A stretch of 64,000 nucleotides of DNA from a virus: IMG/VR virus record IMGVR_UViG_3300010370_000027. One strand, written 5' to 3'. Below are positions 1 to 10,239 of the stretch, one piece after another. A program made the translations under genes and the position numbers. The notes under the pieces are model-generated. The model was not told where the DNA came from, searched no databases, and saw nothing but the letters and a program-made list of their open reading frames with translations. Every line of letters begins with the position of its first letter. Positions within the stretch are counted from its first letter, which is position 1.

Positions 1-1586
1 GAACCAGAAACTCCAAACACCTCTAGCGGCATATTGGGTGAATTGGTTCCTATGCCAAGACGACTATTGCTGCTATCCCAAAAAAGTCTAGAATTAGAAC
101 CTGTTATCAAGCCACCAGGTCCTGAAAAAACGATCGAACCAAGAGTAAGACCAGAGCCTGTTAAAGATCCGCTTATGTTAGCTGCAAAAATATTCCGCCA
201 ATTATTGTCCGTTGTTCCAATGTCGTAATTAGAATCAATACCTGGAGTTATGTTTCCATGAAATTGGGACGTGCCGTATGCTTCTAGATCGTTTGAAAAA
301 ACTTTCCATCGCTTGACGCTTGAACCAAGATTATAAGAAGCATCGAGGCCTGGTAAAAGTGATCCTGTGAGAGAGGAATCCCCAAGAACGGTGAACTTGT
401 CGCCTCCTGATACTGTTCCAATACCCACGGAAGATCCGTCATCGTATATGATGCTGTCAGTAAGGGTGTTGGTATCCTGCCACTTAGAGACGTAGTTGGG
501 AGATCCAAATCCATCGACGAGGCTTCCACCGTTGGTTCCTCCCACCGCATCAATTACGATGGTTCCATTAGAGCCAGTCGTAACGATGACGTTTGATCCG
601 CCTATGATAAAAGGGTCTCCGGACGAAAGTCTTGTAAGAGAACCTGTAAGACCAGCGTTAAATTTAACGACTCCTGAAAAAGTAGAACCGCTAAGAGTAG
701 CTACGACAGAATCATTTATGCTGAGTGTTCTATCGGAACTAAGATCTCCCCCACCGATGAGACCGTTTCCTGCTATGATTGATGTAGTCTTTAAAACCCT
801 GTTGTCGAGGCTACTTGTCAAATTGGTGACTTGTGTCTCAGCAATTTGGACAGACGTGAGTGATACGTTTGTTATTCTTCCTTGTAGATCAGTAGTAAAA
901 ACAGGGATTTGACTTTGACTTCCGTAAGTGCCTGCAGATCCCGTATTACTCAATGCTACGGTAATTCGTCCCGTAGATCCTGTAGTAACGTTAATTCCTA
1001 CGCCTGAAGCGATGTACGACGTCCCATCGGTAAGTCGCGTGAGAGAGCCGCTAAGTCCTGAATTGAACTTAATCGGACCCGTAAAAGTAGTTCCACTGAC
1101 TGTAGCAACAACAGAGTCGTTGATTCTCAAAGAGACAGAGCCGTCTGTCCCACCACCTAAAAGACCAGTGCCGGGCGATACACCGCTTATTGTGCCGCTG
1201 TTTATTGTCGAAAGAAAAATTGATCCATTGGAGCCTGTCACAACGGACATGTTTCCGCCGGCTATTATGAAGGAAGTTCCGTCAGAAAGTCTCGTGAGAG
1301 AACCGCTTATGTTGGTAGCTACAAGAGACCTTCTATCTCTGGCGAATTTGAGGTCCGAGGACGCAGAAAGAAAACCGAGATAGTTGTACTGTATCTCGGT
1401 GTCATAGCCTGCAGCAGAAAGTTGACTTCTAGGATTGAAAAGACCTAGAGAATCTCTGAAGCTGAACGCTCCGTTTACATACCTGATGCCACCAGCTGCA
1501 GTAGGATTATCACCGGGGGACCTATTTTCGAGGACTATGCCCTCTTCATCGGCCTCACCCGGTCTTCTATCTGGTGTCCTAGCCAT
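1..1586 (-). CDS. Tail fibre / virion fibre protein (runs off the window's left edge)
   Basis: Not in the ORF track because it is truncated. ATG at 1586 gives MARTPDRRPGEADEEG..., open to position 1. Gly/Ser/Thr-rich, with 3 copies of GSLTRLxxG...TTGSNG, repeats of INDSVVAT(V/L)SGxTF, and a C-terminal RLGIGTNSP typical of phage fibres. Confidence 0.75.
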   Translation of the reverse strand, partial: MARTPDRRPGEADEEGIVLENRSPGDNPTAAGGIRYVNGAFSFRDSLGLFNPRSQLSAAGYDTEIQYNYLGFLSASSDLKFARDRRSLVATNISGSLTRLSDGTSFIIAGGNMSVVTGSNGSIFLSTINSGTISGVSPGTGLLGGGTDGSVSLRINDSVVATVSGTTFTGPIKFNSGLSGSLTRLTDGTSYIASGVGINVTTGSTGRITVALSNTGSAGTYGSQSQIPVFTTDLQGRITNVSLTSVQIAETQVTNLTSSLDNRVLKTTSIIAGNGLIGGGDLSSDRTLSINDSVVATLSGSTFSGVVKFNAGLTGSLTRLSSGDPFIIGGSNVIVTTGSNGTIVIDAVGGTNGGSLVDGFGSPNYVSKWQDTNTLTDSIIYDDGSSVGIGTVSGGDKFTVLGDSSLTGSLLPGLDASYNLGSSVKRWKVFSNDLEAYGTSQFHGNITPGIDSNYDIGTTDNNWRNIFAANISGSLTGSGLTLGSIVFSGPGGLITGSNSRLFWDSSNSRLGIGTNSPNMPLEVFGVSG

Positions 1587-1589
1587 TTC

Positions 1590-2249
1590 TTATTTCTTCT
1601 GTTTCTTTGACTTGGTCTTAGCTGTTTGATCTACCACTTCTTCTGATTGATTTTCTATCTGTGTTTCTTCAGTTTTTTCTTTTGGGGCTTCTCCGTCTGG
1701 TTGAGCTGATGCGTCTTCAGAAAGTCTTCTTAGTTTTATTGAAGGACCCGGGCGTGTTCCAACAGACCTTCCTGCAGATTCAGCTTCATTTGATTCTTTT
1801 GCCTGATTCTCTTCTTCGAGGCTCCTTTCGAGCGCTCTTCTCAAGAGTTGCTGTCTATTGATCTCTTCGTCTCTATATTTTTTTGCAATGGAAACTGCCT
1901 GCTGAAATGCGCTTATCTTTCCTGCTTGCGCCTGCTTGTTATTTTCAGCAACATTTGCGAGATTGACAATGTTGTTTCTTGCTCTCTCAAGGTAAGACTT
2001 AATCATCTTTGATACTTCAAGGTCCGTCTCTTTTTCGTCGAGATCCCTGTGAACAACCTTGACAAGATTCTCGAGGGAGACTGCAGCGTTTCTCAATGCG
2101 CTAACAGCTCCCTCTTCCCTATACAAATCTTTTGTTGCACTTTCAAGGGCATCGTCAAGACGATTCCCAAGTTCATTAACTGCTGTAAGTTTTGCTTCGG
2201 ACTTTAATAAACTCATAACGCTCCTGCGAGATTTTTCAACATTATACAA
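1590..2249 (-). CDS. Coiled-coil hypothetical protein (start possibly at MSLLKSE)
   Basis: Long ORF in operon, helical E/K/A-rich, basic tail. Confidence 0.6.
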   Translation of the reverse strand: MYNVEKSRRSVMSLLKSEAKLTAVNELGNRLDDALESATKDLYREEGAVSALRNAAVSLENLVKVVHRDLDEKETDLEVSKMIKSYLERARNNIVNLANVAENNKQAQAGKISAFQQAVSIAKKYRDEEINRQQLLRRALERSLEEENQAKESNEAESAGRSVGTRPGPSIKLRRLSEDASAQPDGEAPKEKTEETQIENQSEEVVDQTAKTKSKKQKK

Positions 2250-2284
2250 TTATCTCGCAGGAGCGTTAATTAGCCTACTTTGTG

Positions 2285-3829
2285 TTATGCTCTAACATAA
2301 GGAACGACACAGATAACATCTCCAGTCTTGAGCGGGAACTCAAACTTAAGAGAGTTGGCATCGTTACCGGCATAGTAGTCGTTGCCAGATCCCGGGTAGA
2401 GAAGCTGGCCGTTAAGATAGACGTCGTAGTCCGATCCGAAAGTTCCTGCATCCATGTAAGGAAGTGCTACGTCGACGTTTGAATCTCCCAAGGAGACGTT
2501 AACGTCTGCGTTAAGATCACTCTGAACGATTGAGTACACCTTTGGACGACGCTTGGCCTGATAGATTCCTTGAACAAGTGAAACTTCTCCAAATGCTGTT
2601 TCAAACTCGTCCCACTCGGCGGTGGTGTCAGTGAGCTTTATGCTTGTCGCTGCCCAGGTAGAACCGCCCATGTTACCGTCGCTGAGGAGAAGCTCTCCAG
2701 CTCCGAGGAGCTTGAGATCGTCTGTAGCTGTTGTCTCGATGACTCCGGCTGTCACACCGACGTCAATTCTCGTTCCGGCCGTGTTGAACTTGGCGCCTTC
2801 TGAGAAATCGACATCAACTGCGTTGATGTCGAGATAGTCAACGTCGGACGAAACAGAAACGGTCGTGTCGTTGCTGCTGTGACCTTCGTCGATCTTGAAG
2901 ACTGTGGCATTGTTGCTGTCTCTAATTTCCCAATAGAAACCACCGTTGATGTCGAGAGTTGCGTTATTTGAAACCTCAACCGGCAAAGTTCCCTGGTTGT
3001 CATAAGCGTTTTGACGTGTCGTTGCGCTCGTCGAAGGGACGTCGATCTCAGCGCCGCGGAGGAAGTCCTGCTCGTTGAGGTCACCGAGGGCCTTACGAAC
3101 AGTTGAAACGTAGTTGATTACTTTGTTCTGTATCGATGAAGCAGGAGCTGCTATGAGGTCGTTACCTGCGACTGGGTCGACCATAACGAAAGATATCTGA
3201 GCTCTCTTGTCAACATCGTTGAGTGTGTGTCCGTTGGCGCCGTCCTCTGTCTGGAGGAGACCGTAGATGATGCTGTTCTCGTGAAGGAGCGGATCTCTGT
3301 TGGATCCTGTCACAATCATCAAGAGGTTCTTGGGGCTAATTGCAGTCGCGCCTTGAACTTCTGCGAGAGAGTGTGTACCAAAGGTTCCTGGGTGCTGAAC
3401 AGCAACCGATCCTGTGAACTCCGTTGCGCCGAGAGCAACAACTTTTCCAATTCCGGCTGGGTTGGGAGCCTGCGTTGCTGTCGAAAGAATGACCCAGTTC
3501 TGTCCATCAGGAACTGTGACGTCAGAGACGCTGACGTAGCTTGTGAGAACTCTCTTTCTCTCGAGGCTGTGAAGGTCGTTGTTGAGAGAGTCGATACCGC
3601 GCTGTCTTCCGTTTTCGAAAGATGTCGGTGTGTAGATGTTGTCATACCAGTTATCAGAGGGCATTGTGTCGCCGTCTCTGTTGAGCATGTTCTGTATCTG
3701 AGAGCGAAGATTATTTAAGTCTTCCTCGAGCGATGACGCCGACTCCCACAAAACGTCTGGTTCGAGCTGATCGTCATAGACGTCAGAGTTTTTGATCTGA
3801 ATTCCTTGCCTAATAAAAGTACGTGCCAT
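2285..3829 (-). CDS. Putative virion structural protein
   Basis: 514 aa with AGGAGA RBS; C-terminal DVYLNGQLL...DY...LKFEFPLKTGD module resembles the repeat in 3904..5082. Confidence 0.6.
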   Translation of the reverse strand: MARTFIRQGIQIKNSDVYDDQLEPDVLWESASSLEEDLNNLRSQIQNMLNRDGDTMPSDNWYDNIYTPTSFENGRQRGIDSLNNDLHSLERKRVLTSYVSVSDVTVPDGQNWVILSTATQAPNPAGIGKVVALGATEFTGSVAVQHPGTFGTHSLAEVQGATAISPKNLLMIVTGSNRDPLLHENSIIYGLLQTEDGANGHTLNDVDKRAQISFVMVDPVAGNDLIAAPASSIQNKVINYVSTVRKALGDLNEQDFLRGAEIDVPSTSATTRQNAYDNQGTLPVEVSNNATLDINGGFYWEIRDSNNATVFKIDEGHSSNDTTVSVSSDVDYLDINAVDVDFSEGAKFNTAGTRIDVGVTAGVIETTATDDLKLLGAGELLLSDGNMGGSTWAATSIKLTDTTAEWDEFETAFGEVSLVQGIYQAKRRPKVYSIVQSDLNADVNVSLGDSNVDVALPYMDAGTFGSDYDVYLNGQLLYPGSGNDYYAGNDANSLKFEFPLKTGDVICVVPYVRA

Positions 3830-3903
3830 GGCTTTCTCCTAAAATCGCAGTCGTCAGCGATTCGAGCTAATTATTATTTAGCTACTGAGTTTACACGTGA
3901 TTT

Positions 3904-5082
3904 TTAGTAAGGATAAGTTGCTAACAGGTTGGATCCGACCTTAGGAATGTAATTCATGGTTATCGACTTGCCTGCCAAAGTGTAGTCTCCTATCACGCCT
4001 TGTCGCTGCAAAACACCGTCGACGTAAAGCATCAAAGATTCAGGAGGATTTGGAGTCTCAGCAAGTTCAAATGAATAGTTGACACCATTTGATAGACCGG
4101 AAGGAACGTCCATCCATTTGGTCGTAGTGGGTAAGAAATAAAGGTAAGGATATGTTGCAAAAATATTTGAATTAGCTCTAGGGGCGTAATTAAAAACAAT
4201 TTGCTTGTTTGAAATGGTGTAGTCTGCGCTATATCCTTGCTTCTGAAGAACACCGTTGACGTATAAGAGAAGAGCTGATGGCGGCTCGGGTTTTTCCGCT
4301 AGATCAAAGACCATGTTTGCGCCGAGTGAGACATCGCCCGATGGGATTTCCATCCACGAAGTTTTTATTAGGACGTTAGTTCCGTAAGTCGTGTCGCCAG
4401 TGTTCGCAGCGGCATCGATTACTTCATTGGACATTCTGCCAACGTAAACAAAGGCTCTCGCAAAAGCAGGGATCTTTGAAGCGTTGTAGTCCTGTATGAA
4501 AAGAATTCCGTTGTAGTAGTCGACGTTCCAGTCGATATTGTCAAGAAGGGGTATTTCATCTCCAGCATTTCCTGCACCGTCATCCTTGAAGAGTGTGACG
4601 ATATACGGATTAGGAGCGGTCTGAGAGAAAAAAGGCGGCAAAAGCTGAGCCTGCCCGAGAGTCTCATGAAGATATTTGAGATTGTCAAAGACTCCATTTC
4701 CAGACTTGGTATTGTTAGTAAGCGTCTGGTAATTTTTAGGGAATCTAAACATGTAGGCATGTGGGCCTGCTGTTTGAGCAGCTTCTCCCGAATCAGAACC
4801 TGATCCACCTCCCGGGTTATTTGCATCGTAAGTAGTTCCAGCCACGGGAACTAATTCAAATTCAACATACTCTACGCTTGGGAACGCTCCAACACCCTGC
4901 ACCATATAGAGAGTCTGCGTTGGATTATTTGGTATTCTGTCGCCGAAAATGAGGTTAGTTGCAGCCTGAATGTTTGAACCGATGACCTCTTCACCGTCAA
5001 TCTTTAGGTTTGAGGTGTGCGCTTTGCCCAGAAGCTTCTTCTGGGCAAATAGCGTTGCGCTTGTATCGGATTTACCTGCCAT
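3904..5082 (-). CDS. Putative virion structural protein with two C-terminal ~80-aa beta repeats
   Basis: Two copies of WMxxPSG...FxLAExPxPPxxLxLYVxGVLQxQG...DYT...NYxP...SNxxATYPY. Confidence 0.65.
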   Translation of the reverse strand: MAGKSDTSATLFAQKKLLGKAHTSNLKIDGEEVIGSNIQAATNLIFGDRIPNNPTQTLYMVQGVGAFPSVEYVEFELVPVAGTTYDANNPGGGSGSDSGEAAQTAGPHAYMFRFPKNYQTLTNNTKSGNGVFDNLKYLHETLGQAQLLPPFFSQTAPNPYIVTLFKDDGAGNAGDEIPLLDNIDWNVDYYNGILFIQDYNASKIPAFARAFVYVGRMSNEVIDAAANTGDTTYGTNVLIKTSWMEIPSGDVSLGANMVFDLAEKPEPPSALLLYVNGVLQKQGYSADYTISNKQIVFNYAPRANSNIFATYPYLYFLPTTTKWMDVPSGLSNGVNYSFELAETPNPPESLMLYVDGVLQRQGVIGDYTLAGKSITMNYIPKVGSNLLATYPY

Positions 5083-5083
5083 A

Positions 5084-8000
5084 TCAGCTCCAGCTAATGC
5101 TTATCCTCTCGAGATATCCTGTCCAGTCTTTGTGAGCCATAATTCTAACAACAATTCTTTGAGCGCTCGGAGAAACTGTTCCATCAACTGTAACACCGTT
5201 GAAGGTACATGTATTAGTTGCACCAGCAGCAGTAACCGAAGATGTGAGGTCACCACTGAGACAGCCGGAATCTTCTGCCCAGTTACCTGATCCGGCGCTG
5301 GGTCTTGCAAGATCCATATAGCTTGTCTTGCCAGGAAGACTTATATGAACATATACATTTTTATTTGCGCCTAATATGCCTGAGTTGGGACCATTCTTGG
5401 CGACTATTGTTGCATCACCGTAGAGTGTGACTTTTATGCTGGGTCTGTCGTCCGTCGTGTTGTTTCTAAAGTATCTCAAATAAGATCTGTTTGAATTAAC
5501 GAGAGAGCTGTAATCGACGTTTCCAGCAGGAGACTCTATAGATCCGCCCTCTTTATGGTTTCTAAAATCTCCATTCTCGCCTCCATACTTGGGTGCCATC
5601 AAGAATCTGTCATAGATGAGCAATCCTGTCGAATAAGCAGGATAATTTGCAACATCATTCATTGACACAGCGGAGTTCCAAGCATTGTAACCTGCAACAA
5701 CAACAGACTGAGATGCATATGTAGTGTCAATGATTCTATAAGACTCTCCTGTAAAATAACATTCCGTATTCTCGTTGCTTCCTGCATTACTTGGTGTCCA
5801 AACTAACAGTTTAGTAGTTGATTGAACAGGAGTAGTGATGGGAGTCTTGAAGGGATGAACGAACGTCATTGCGCCGCCGCAGCCATAAGAAGTGGTGCGG
5901 GAGCCAGGCAAAGACTTACTTAATGTGAAGTTTATAGTCCCTTCAACTTCAATGTCTTCGTTCTGACTGTCAGTATTAGTATTTAGAATCTGCAAGCTAG
6001 CAGCGGAAGAATTAGTTGTTTTTGCGGAAGTTATACCGGGTCCACTCTGTACTATTTTTGCTGCAGAAGCATTGGTAAGAGAAGTGAATGATATCGCTGA
6101 AGCGCTGTTAGAATACACGTTTCTGTAAATGTTTGAAATCTTCGTGTGTATGCTACCAGAAGGAGAGTTGAAATATTTGACTCCGCTGACGTACGAGAAA
6201 GAATCGTCGCCAAAAATAGACAGAGAATTCTCACTTGAAGACATTGACGTAGAATCGACTTCATTTATCCATTCTACGTAGTTTGTGACTCTGTCGACAG
6301 CATCTACAGAATGAACCACTCTAAGATAATTCCATCCATTCCTCTGTTCAGCAGGTACAACTCTATATCGACCAGTGCGTTGTATCTCAGAGTATCTGGG
6401 AACTCCGTTGTCAAACATACCGGGAGACCAAGTGCTGACAGATATAAATCCAGAACCATTACCGTTCAAACTTGTTCCTGTACCTGCTCCTGGTGATCCG
6501 GCTCCAGAATAGCTCGATAGGTCTACTGAGTGAACAACACTTCCATTCACTTCAAGACGAAGAATTCCAATATTACCATCAGAAAAAGCATTATCTACAT
6601 AGTCTCTACCGGGAGAAACAACAGCTTCGTTCAGATCTCCCTCCATTGTCGGCACAGAGGTAAAAATACCTCTCCTGAGATTGTTTCCAGAAGTAGCAGC
6701 ACCGTAGGATTCATTTAGCCCTGTGGCAGGGAAACCAGCAGAAGTGTCTGGATTTGAATAGCCTGTTATTGACTTTGTAGAACCGAATGAAAGCACAGCA
6801 GTGGAGCCCAGATTGTCTGAGTCTATATTGTAGAGATCAGGGACTGGTGTAAGAGTTCCTGTACCTGCTCCGAACGTAACTGACATCAGCGATACGTTGC
6901 CTGTCCAGGTTGCGTCTGCTTCGATTTTTACGACAATGTATTCGTTGCTATCGATCGAAAGATTTCCAAGGTTTAGATAGTTTGTTGCATTTAACGTCGG
7001 GTTAAACGTAAGCACACCATTGCTTGTGTGCAAGCCTGCTCCATCTCCATAACTCGCCCCAAAGACATATGGTAAAGCTACATCCATCCATCCTGTCTTA
7101 CCAGGTATTTTTACTGATATTTTTATTCTAGATGCATTCAGAGATGTGGATGATTGAACTATTGTAGACGAGCCATTCAGTGAAATAGATAGATCATACT
7201 GATTCGCTCCAGAAGTATTTTGGAACTTTCTGTAGAAAGTCCTGGTTCCCGTGATAGTCGAGTAATTGGGGTTGCCAGAAGGCCCATTAGACATTCCGAG
7301 AAAGTTACCACCATTCACTGTGTTCTTTGGAGAAACGAGAAGCTGATTGTAGAACTGCAAGCCATCAGCGTACCCAGACGTGCTGAGCATGTGAACGCTT
7401 GAGTCCCAGACATTAGAGGCGTCTGACACGCTAGATTGCGTGTCGTACGAACCTGCTTTAATTCTGTAATTTTCGGCCCTGAATGTCTCAAGTAAATTAG
7501 TAGAAGTATTTGTAAGCTTATACAGGAGGATCTGAGAGACAGAATATCTTCCACCGTTTACGATTGAAGCCTTGAGTGGATGTGTGACATTAACTCCTAC
7601 TTCAATTCCACCGTTTAAAAAGTAGTCTGCACTTAGACTGCTTTGCGAAGATACGTTTATGATTTTAGTATGATCTTCACCTGCAGCTATGTCGATACCT
7701 GACCTTGACTGCGAAGGAAAAGAGTAGGAAAGATTAGCAGCAGCGTTAGAAGTATTTGTTGCAGTTAAAGTAATGGTACTTAGATCGTAAACATACTTGT
7801 AGGCGTTATAAACTTTTACTGCGTAACTGAGATTTCCTGCATTGTAGTATTCAACGCCCGAAAGTTTGGTAGATCCTGTGCCTGTAAAAGACAAACTTCC
7901 GCCTGAAGCTTGCAAGGTAGTAGAATCATCATCGTTGATCCATTCAACATAGTTTGTCTGGTATTGTGCTGACCCTACAACGTGGATAACTCTTGCGTAA

Positions 8001-8905
8001 TTCCAACCTCTTCTTTGATCAGCAACACCTATCTGGTATTTACCAGTTCTATGCTTAAATGCTGGGAACTCTACAGACGTCGAGAGATATGCGCTTCCCG
8101 TGGAAGAAAGATTGACAAATCCCGAACCATTGGCGTTAAGGTGAGATCCAGTTCCGGACCCAGGAGCACCTGCTCCTATTCCGGGCAATGTCAAATTTAT
8201 GCTGTGGACTAACGTATTGTTTACATACAGTCTTAACTCGCCTGCATCTGCATTTCCAAATGCCTTAGAAACGTAATTTACAACTCCTGTATTGAAAACA
8301 TTTGAAGTGACTGTATTGTTTAAGATTCCATTGATTATGGCGTCTTTTTTGTATATTCCTTTTCTTATGTTTGCACCTGATACCAGAGGTCCATAAGTGC
8401 CATTGACATCTACGGCTGTAAATCCCGCTGCTGTATTACTAGAAATGTAAGAAGGAAGATACCCGCTTCTATCATTTGAAGCGCCAAAGGAAAGATAGGC
8501 GGTAACACCTGCCGTATTCTCGCAGCTTACATTACTCAGATTAGGAGCTGGTGGTGGTGCAAGTGCAAGGAGAATCTCATTGAACCTATCTATCGGTGTG
8601 CCAATTGGTGTCGACGGGGTGAAATCCTTGAATAATCCGTCTTCATAAGTTCCATCTTCTGCAGGTCCTATTACACTCCCAGCAGCAGCAGTAGAAGAAA
8701 TTGTTATGGCTCCACCGGCACCTGCATCAGTAAGAGATATTCCTTCACCTGCAGTTAAAATACGTGCACTTGTAGGAACAATTGCACCTACAACCGGTAC
8801 AACTACAAATGGCGTATTGTTGACATGCTCATCGATTTGATCGTGAGTTGTCGTACCTATGTTGCCTAACTCTTTGTGGTCATCTATGACTCTATAGGCC
8901 GTCAT
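5084..8905 (-). CDS. Large Ser/Thr/Gly-rich structural protein with an internal tandem duplication
   Basis: 1273 aa; both halves share LSFG...AGF..., GAGxPGxGTGxxLNxNGSGF, QRxGWNYxRVxH...TNYVEWIN, SGVxY, PGKTxxMDxA. Confidence 0.7.
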   Translation of the reverse strand: MTAYRVIDDHKELGNIGTTTHDQIDEHVNNTPFVVVPVVGAIVPTSARILTAGEGISLTDAGAGGAITISSTAAAGSVIGPAEDGTYEDGLFKDFTPSTPIGTPIDRFNEILLALAPPPAPNLSNVSCENTAGVTAYLSFGASNDRSGYLPSYISSNTAAGFTAVDVNGTYGPLVSGANIRKGIYKKDAIINGILNNTVTSNVFNTGVVNYVSKAFGNADAGELRLYVNNTLVHSINLTLPGIGAGAPGSGTGSHLNANGSGFVNLSSTGSAYLSTSVEFPAFKHRTGKYQIGVADQRRGWNYARVIHVVGSAQYQTNYVEWINDDDSTTLQASGGSLSFTGTGSTKLSGVEYYNAGNLSYAVKVYNAYKYVYDLSTITLTATNTSNAAANLSYSFPSQSRSGIDIAAGEDHTKIINVSSQSSLSADYFLNGGIEVGVNVTHPLKASIVNGGRYSVSQILLYKLTNTSTNLLETFRAENYRIKAGSYDTQSSVSDASNVWDSSVHMLSTSGYADGLQFYNQLLVSPKNTVNGGNFLGMSNGPSGNPNYSTITGTRTFYRKFQNTSGANQYDLSISLNGSSTIVQSSTSLNASRIKISVKIPGKTGWMDVALPYVFGASYGDGAGLHTSNGVLTFNPTLNATNYLNLGNLSIDSNEYIVVKIEADATWTGNVSLMSVTFGAGTGTLTPVPDLYNIDSDNLGSTAVLSFGSTKSITGYSNPDTSAGFPATGLNESYGAATSGNNLRRGIFTSVPTMEGDLNEAVVSPGRDYVDNAFSDGNIGILRLEVNGSVVHSVDLSSYSGAGSPGAGTGTSLNGNGSGFISVSTWSPGMFDNGVPRYSEIQRTGRYRVVPAEQRNGWNYLRVVHSVDAVDRVTNYVEWINEVDSTSMSSSENSLSIFGDDSFSYVSGVKYFNSPSGSIHTKISNIYRNVYSNSASAISFTSLTNASAAKIVQSGPGITSAKTTNSSAASLQILNTNTDSQNEDIEVEGTINFTLSKSLPGSRTTSYGCGGAMTFVHPFKTPITTPVQSTTKLLVWTPSNAGSNENTECYFTGESYRIIDTTYASQSVVVAGYNAWNSAVSMNDVANYPAYSTGLLIYDRFLMAPKYGGENGDFRNHKEGGSIESPAGNVDYSSLVNSNRSYLRYFRNNTTDDRPSIKVTLYGDATIVAKNGPNSGILGANKNVYVHISLPGKTSYMDLARPSAGSGNWAEDSGCLSGDLTSSVTAAGATNTCTFNGVTVDGTVSPSAQRIVVRIMAHKDWTGYLERISISWS

Positions 8906-9026
8906 CCATCAATTTCCTGTGTCCAATATACTAACTTTTCTCAAATAGTATGGCCATGAAAGAAAAAATGACACCCTGCAAAAACAGAGGTCATTTTATT
9001 GACATGAAAATACTCGACGCTAAGTA

Positions 9027-9248
9027 TCACATACCTGAAACGATTGCCTGAATTGCAACCTTAATTCTCTCTTGAAGCTCTTTTGGAAGAGAAGACAGAA
9101 GAACGTAATCTTCTGCAGTAAGAGAAGTTTGAGGTACTCCTCCGCCAATGTAGCTGTTATTGTTAGAAATAATAGCTCTGATTACAAGTGGTGCAGGTCC
9201 TTGTGTAGCAGCAAAAACCGGATTATATAAATTTGCCTTGTTATCCAT
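9027..9248 (-). CDS. Hypothetical protein
   Basis: 73 aa ORF; ATG immediately after the upstream gene's stop. Confidence 0.55.
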   Translation of the reverse strand: MDNKANLYNPVFAATQGPAPLVIRAIISNNNSYIGGGVPQTSLTAEDYVLLSSLPKELQERIKVAIQAIVSGM

Positions 9249-9249
9249 C

Positions 9250-9429
9250 TTATCCCTTTAGGAGGGTCTTGCCCTCATTGAGAGTCTTATTCACAGTTGC
9301 AAGCTGTGCTCTAAGATTCTCTAGCTCGGTTCTTAAAAATTCAGTGGAACCACCTTCTTGCTCTGCCTTGAGGAGTGCTGCCTCATATACACTGATCTTC
9401 TCACAAATTATCTCGCGCGTCGCTGACAT
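9250..9429 (-). CDS. Small coiled-coil hypothetical protein (59 aa, below ORF-track cutoff)
   Basis: Read by hand: MSATREIICEKISVYEAALLKAEQEGGSTEFLRTELENLRAQLATVNKTLNEGKTLLKG*; AGGAG RBS upstream; fills the gap exactly. Confidence 0.7.
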   Translation of the reverse strand: MSATREIICEKISVYEAALLKAEQEGGSTEFLRTELENLRAQLATVNKTLNEGKTLLKG

Positions 9430-9449
9430 AAAAAATCTCCTTGATGAAA

Positions 9450-10199
9450 TTATACACCAAAACCAAGCTTTTTGATGGTGCCTGTTAAGCCATCCCAGTC
9501 TTTAATGGATTGTAAAACAAATTCTCTTTGTTGCTCAATCGTTGTGTTCTGGTTGTTCACGCGTATTAAAAGCACATTACGTTTAAGTGCTTCCTCTGCT
9601 TCAATTGAATCTCTTAGTTTCGTTGCCTCGAAGTTGTGCCCTTCATGAACTTTTTCAAAGTGCCAAATTCCATCAGATTCAATCCATACTTTTTTATCTT
9701 GTGAAACAATGTCAACATCAAAGATGAAGTCTTGGGTTTTGACAACATGGTGTCTTTTGAACCCAAGATCCCTAAGAGATTCTGCGAGTTTCCTTTCAGG
9801 TTTTGATGAAGATCTTCTACCTGAAGTGAATCTGGATATTACTGACTTCAATAGTTCAGGATTGTCCTCGTACGTCCTCTTGAGAGTCTCTCCTCTTTTC
9901 GTGTTTGATTCTTCTGTGAATTCTCTTGATTTCCAGCATTTTGGAGAACAGGTTGACCTTCCCTTGTAAGAACGCTCAGGAGAAAATGAAACATCAAATA
10001 ATGTTCCACATTTGCAAATTCTAGTCTCTGTGACAATTGTCTTTTCACCAAACCTTTTCAAGTTGGACGATCGAGTTGATTCTCTCATCCTTTCGAGACC
10101 ATCAGGAGAATATTTTTCCTCCTTGTGGTTCCACCTGACATGGTTGGCTTTCTGCTGAAAATTATTGAATTCTTGATTGCAAATCTCACACACTCTCAT
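9450..10199 (-). CDS. Free-standing homing endonuclease, PD-(D/E)XK Vsr/DUF559 type with zinc fingers
   Basis: True start likely MRVCEIC at 10199 (the ORF extension overlaps tmRNA). C2H2 finger CEIC..HVRWNH, CxC..CSPKC, NUMOD3-like TEESNTKRGETLK, Vsr-like SKPE...VDIV...IESDGIWH. Confidence 0.75.
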   Translation of the reverse strand: MRVCEICNQEFNNFQQKANHVRWNHKEEKYSPDGLERMRESTRSSNLKRFGEKTIVTETRICKCGTLFDVSFSPERSYKGRSTCSPKCWKSREFTEESNTKRGETLKRTYEDNPELLKSVISRFTSGRRSSSKPERKLAESLRDLGFKRHHVVKTQDFIFDVDIVSQDKKVWIESDGIWHFEKVHEGHNFEATKLRDSIEAEEALKRNVLLIRVNNQNTTIEQQREFVLQSIKDWDGLTGTIKKLGFGV

Positions 10200-10239
10200 A
10201 AGAGTAATTATACTCAACTTGAGTGGAGGTGACAAAAAT

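Noticed and set aside
8965-8998. Imperfect hairpin AAAATGAC...GTCATTTT as a terminator or riboswitch
   Set aside because: Weak AT-rich stem with mismatches; cannot be supported without folding or conservation data.
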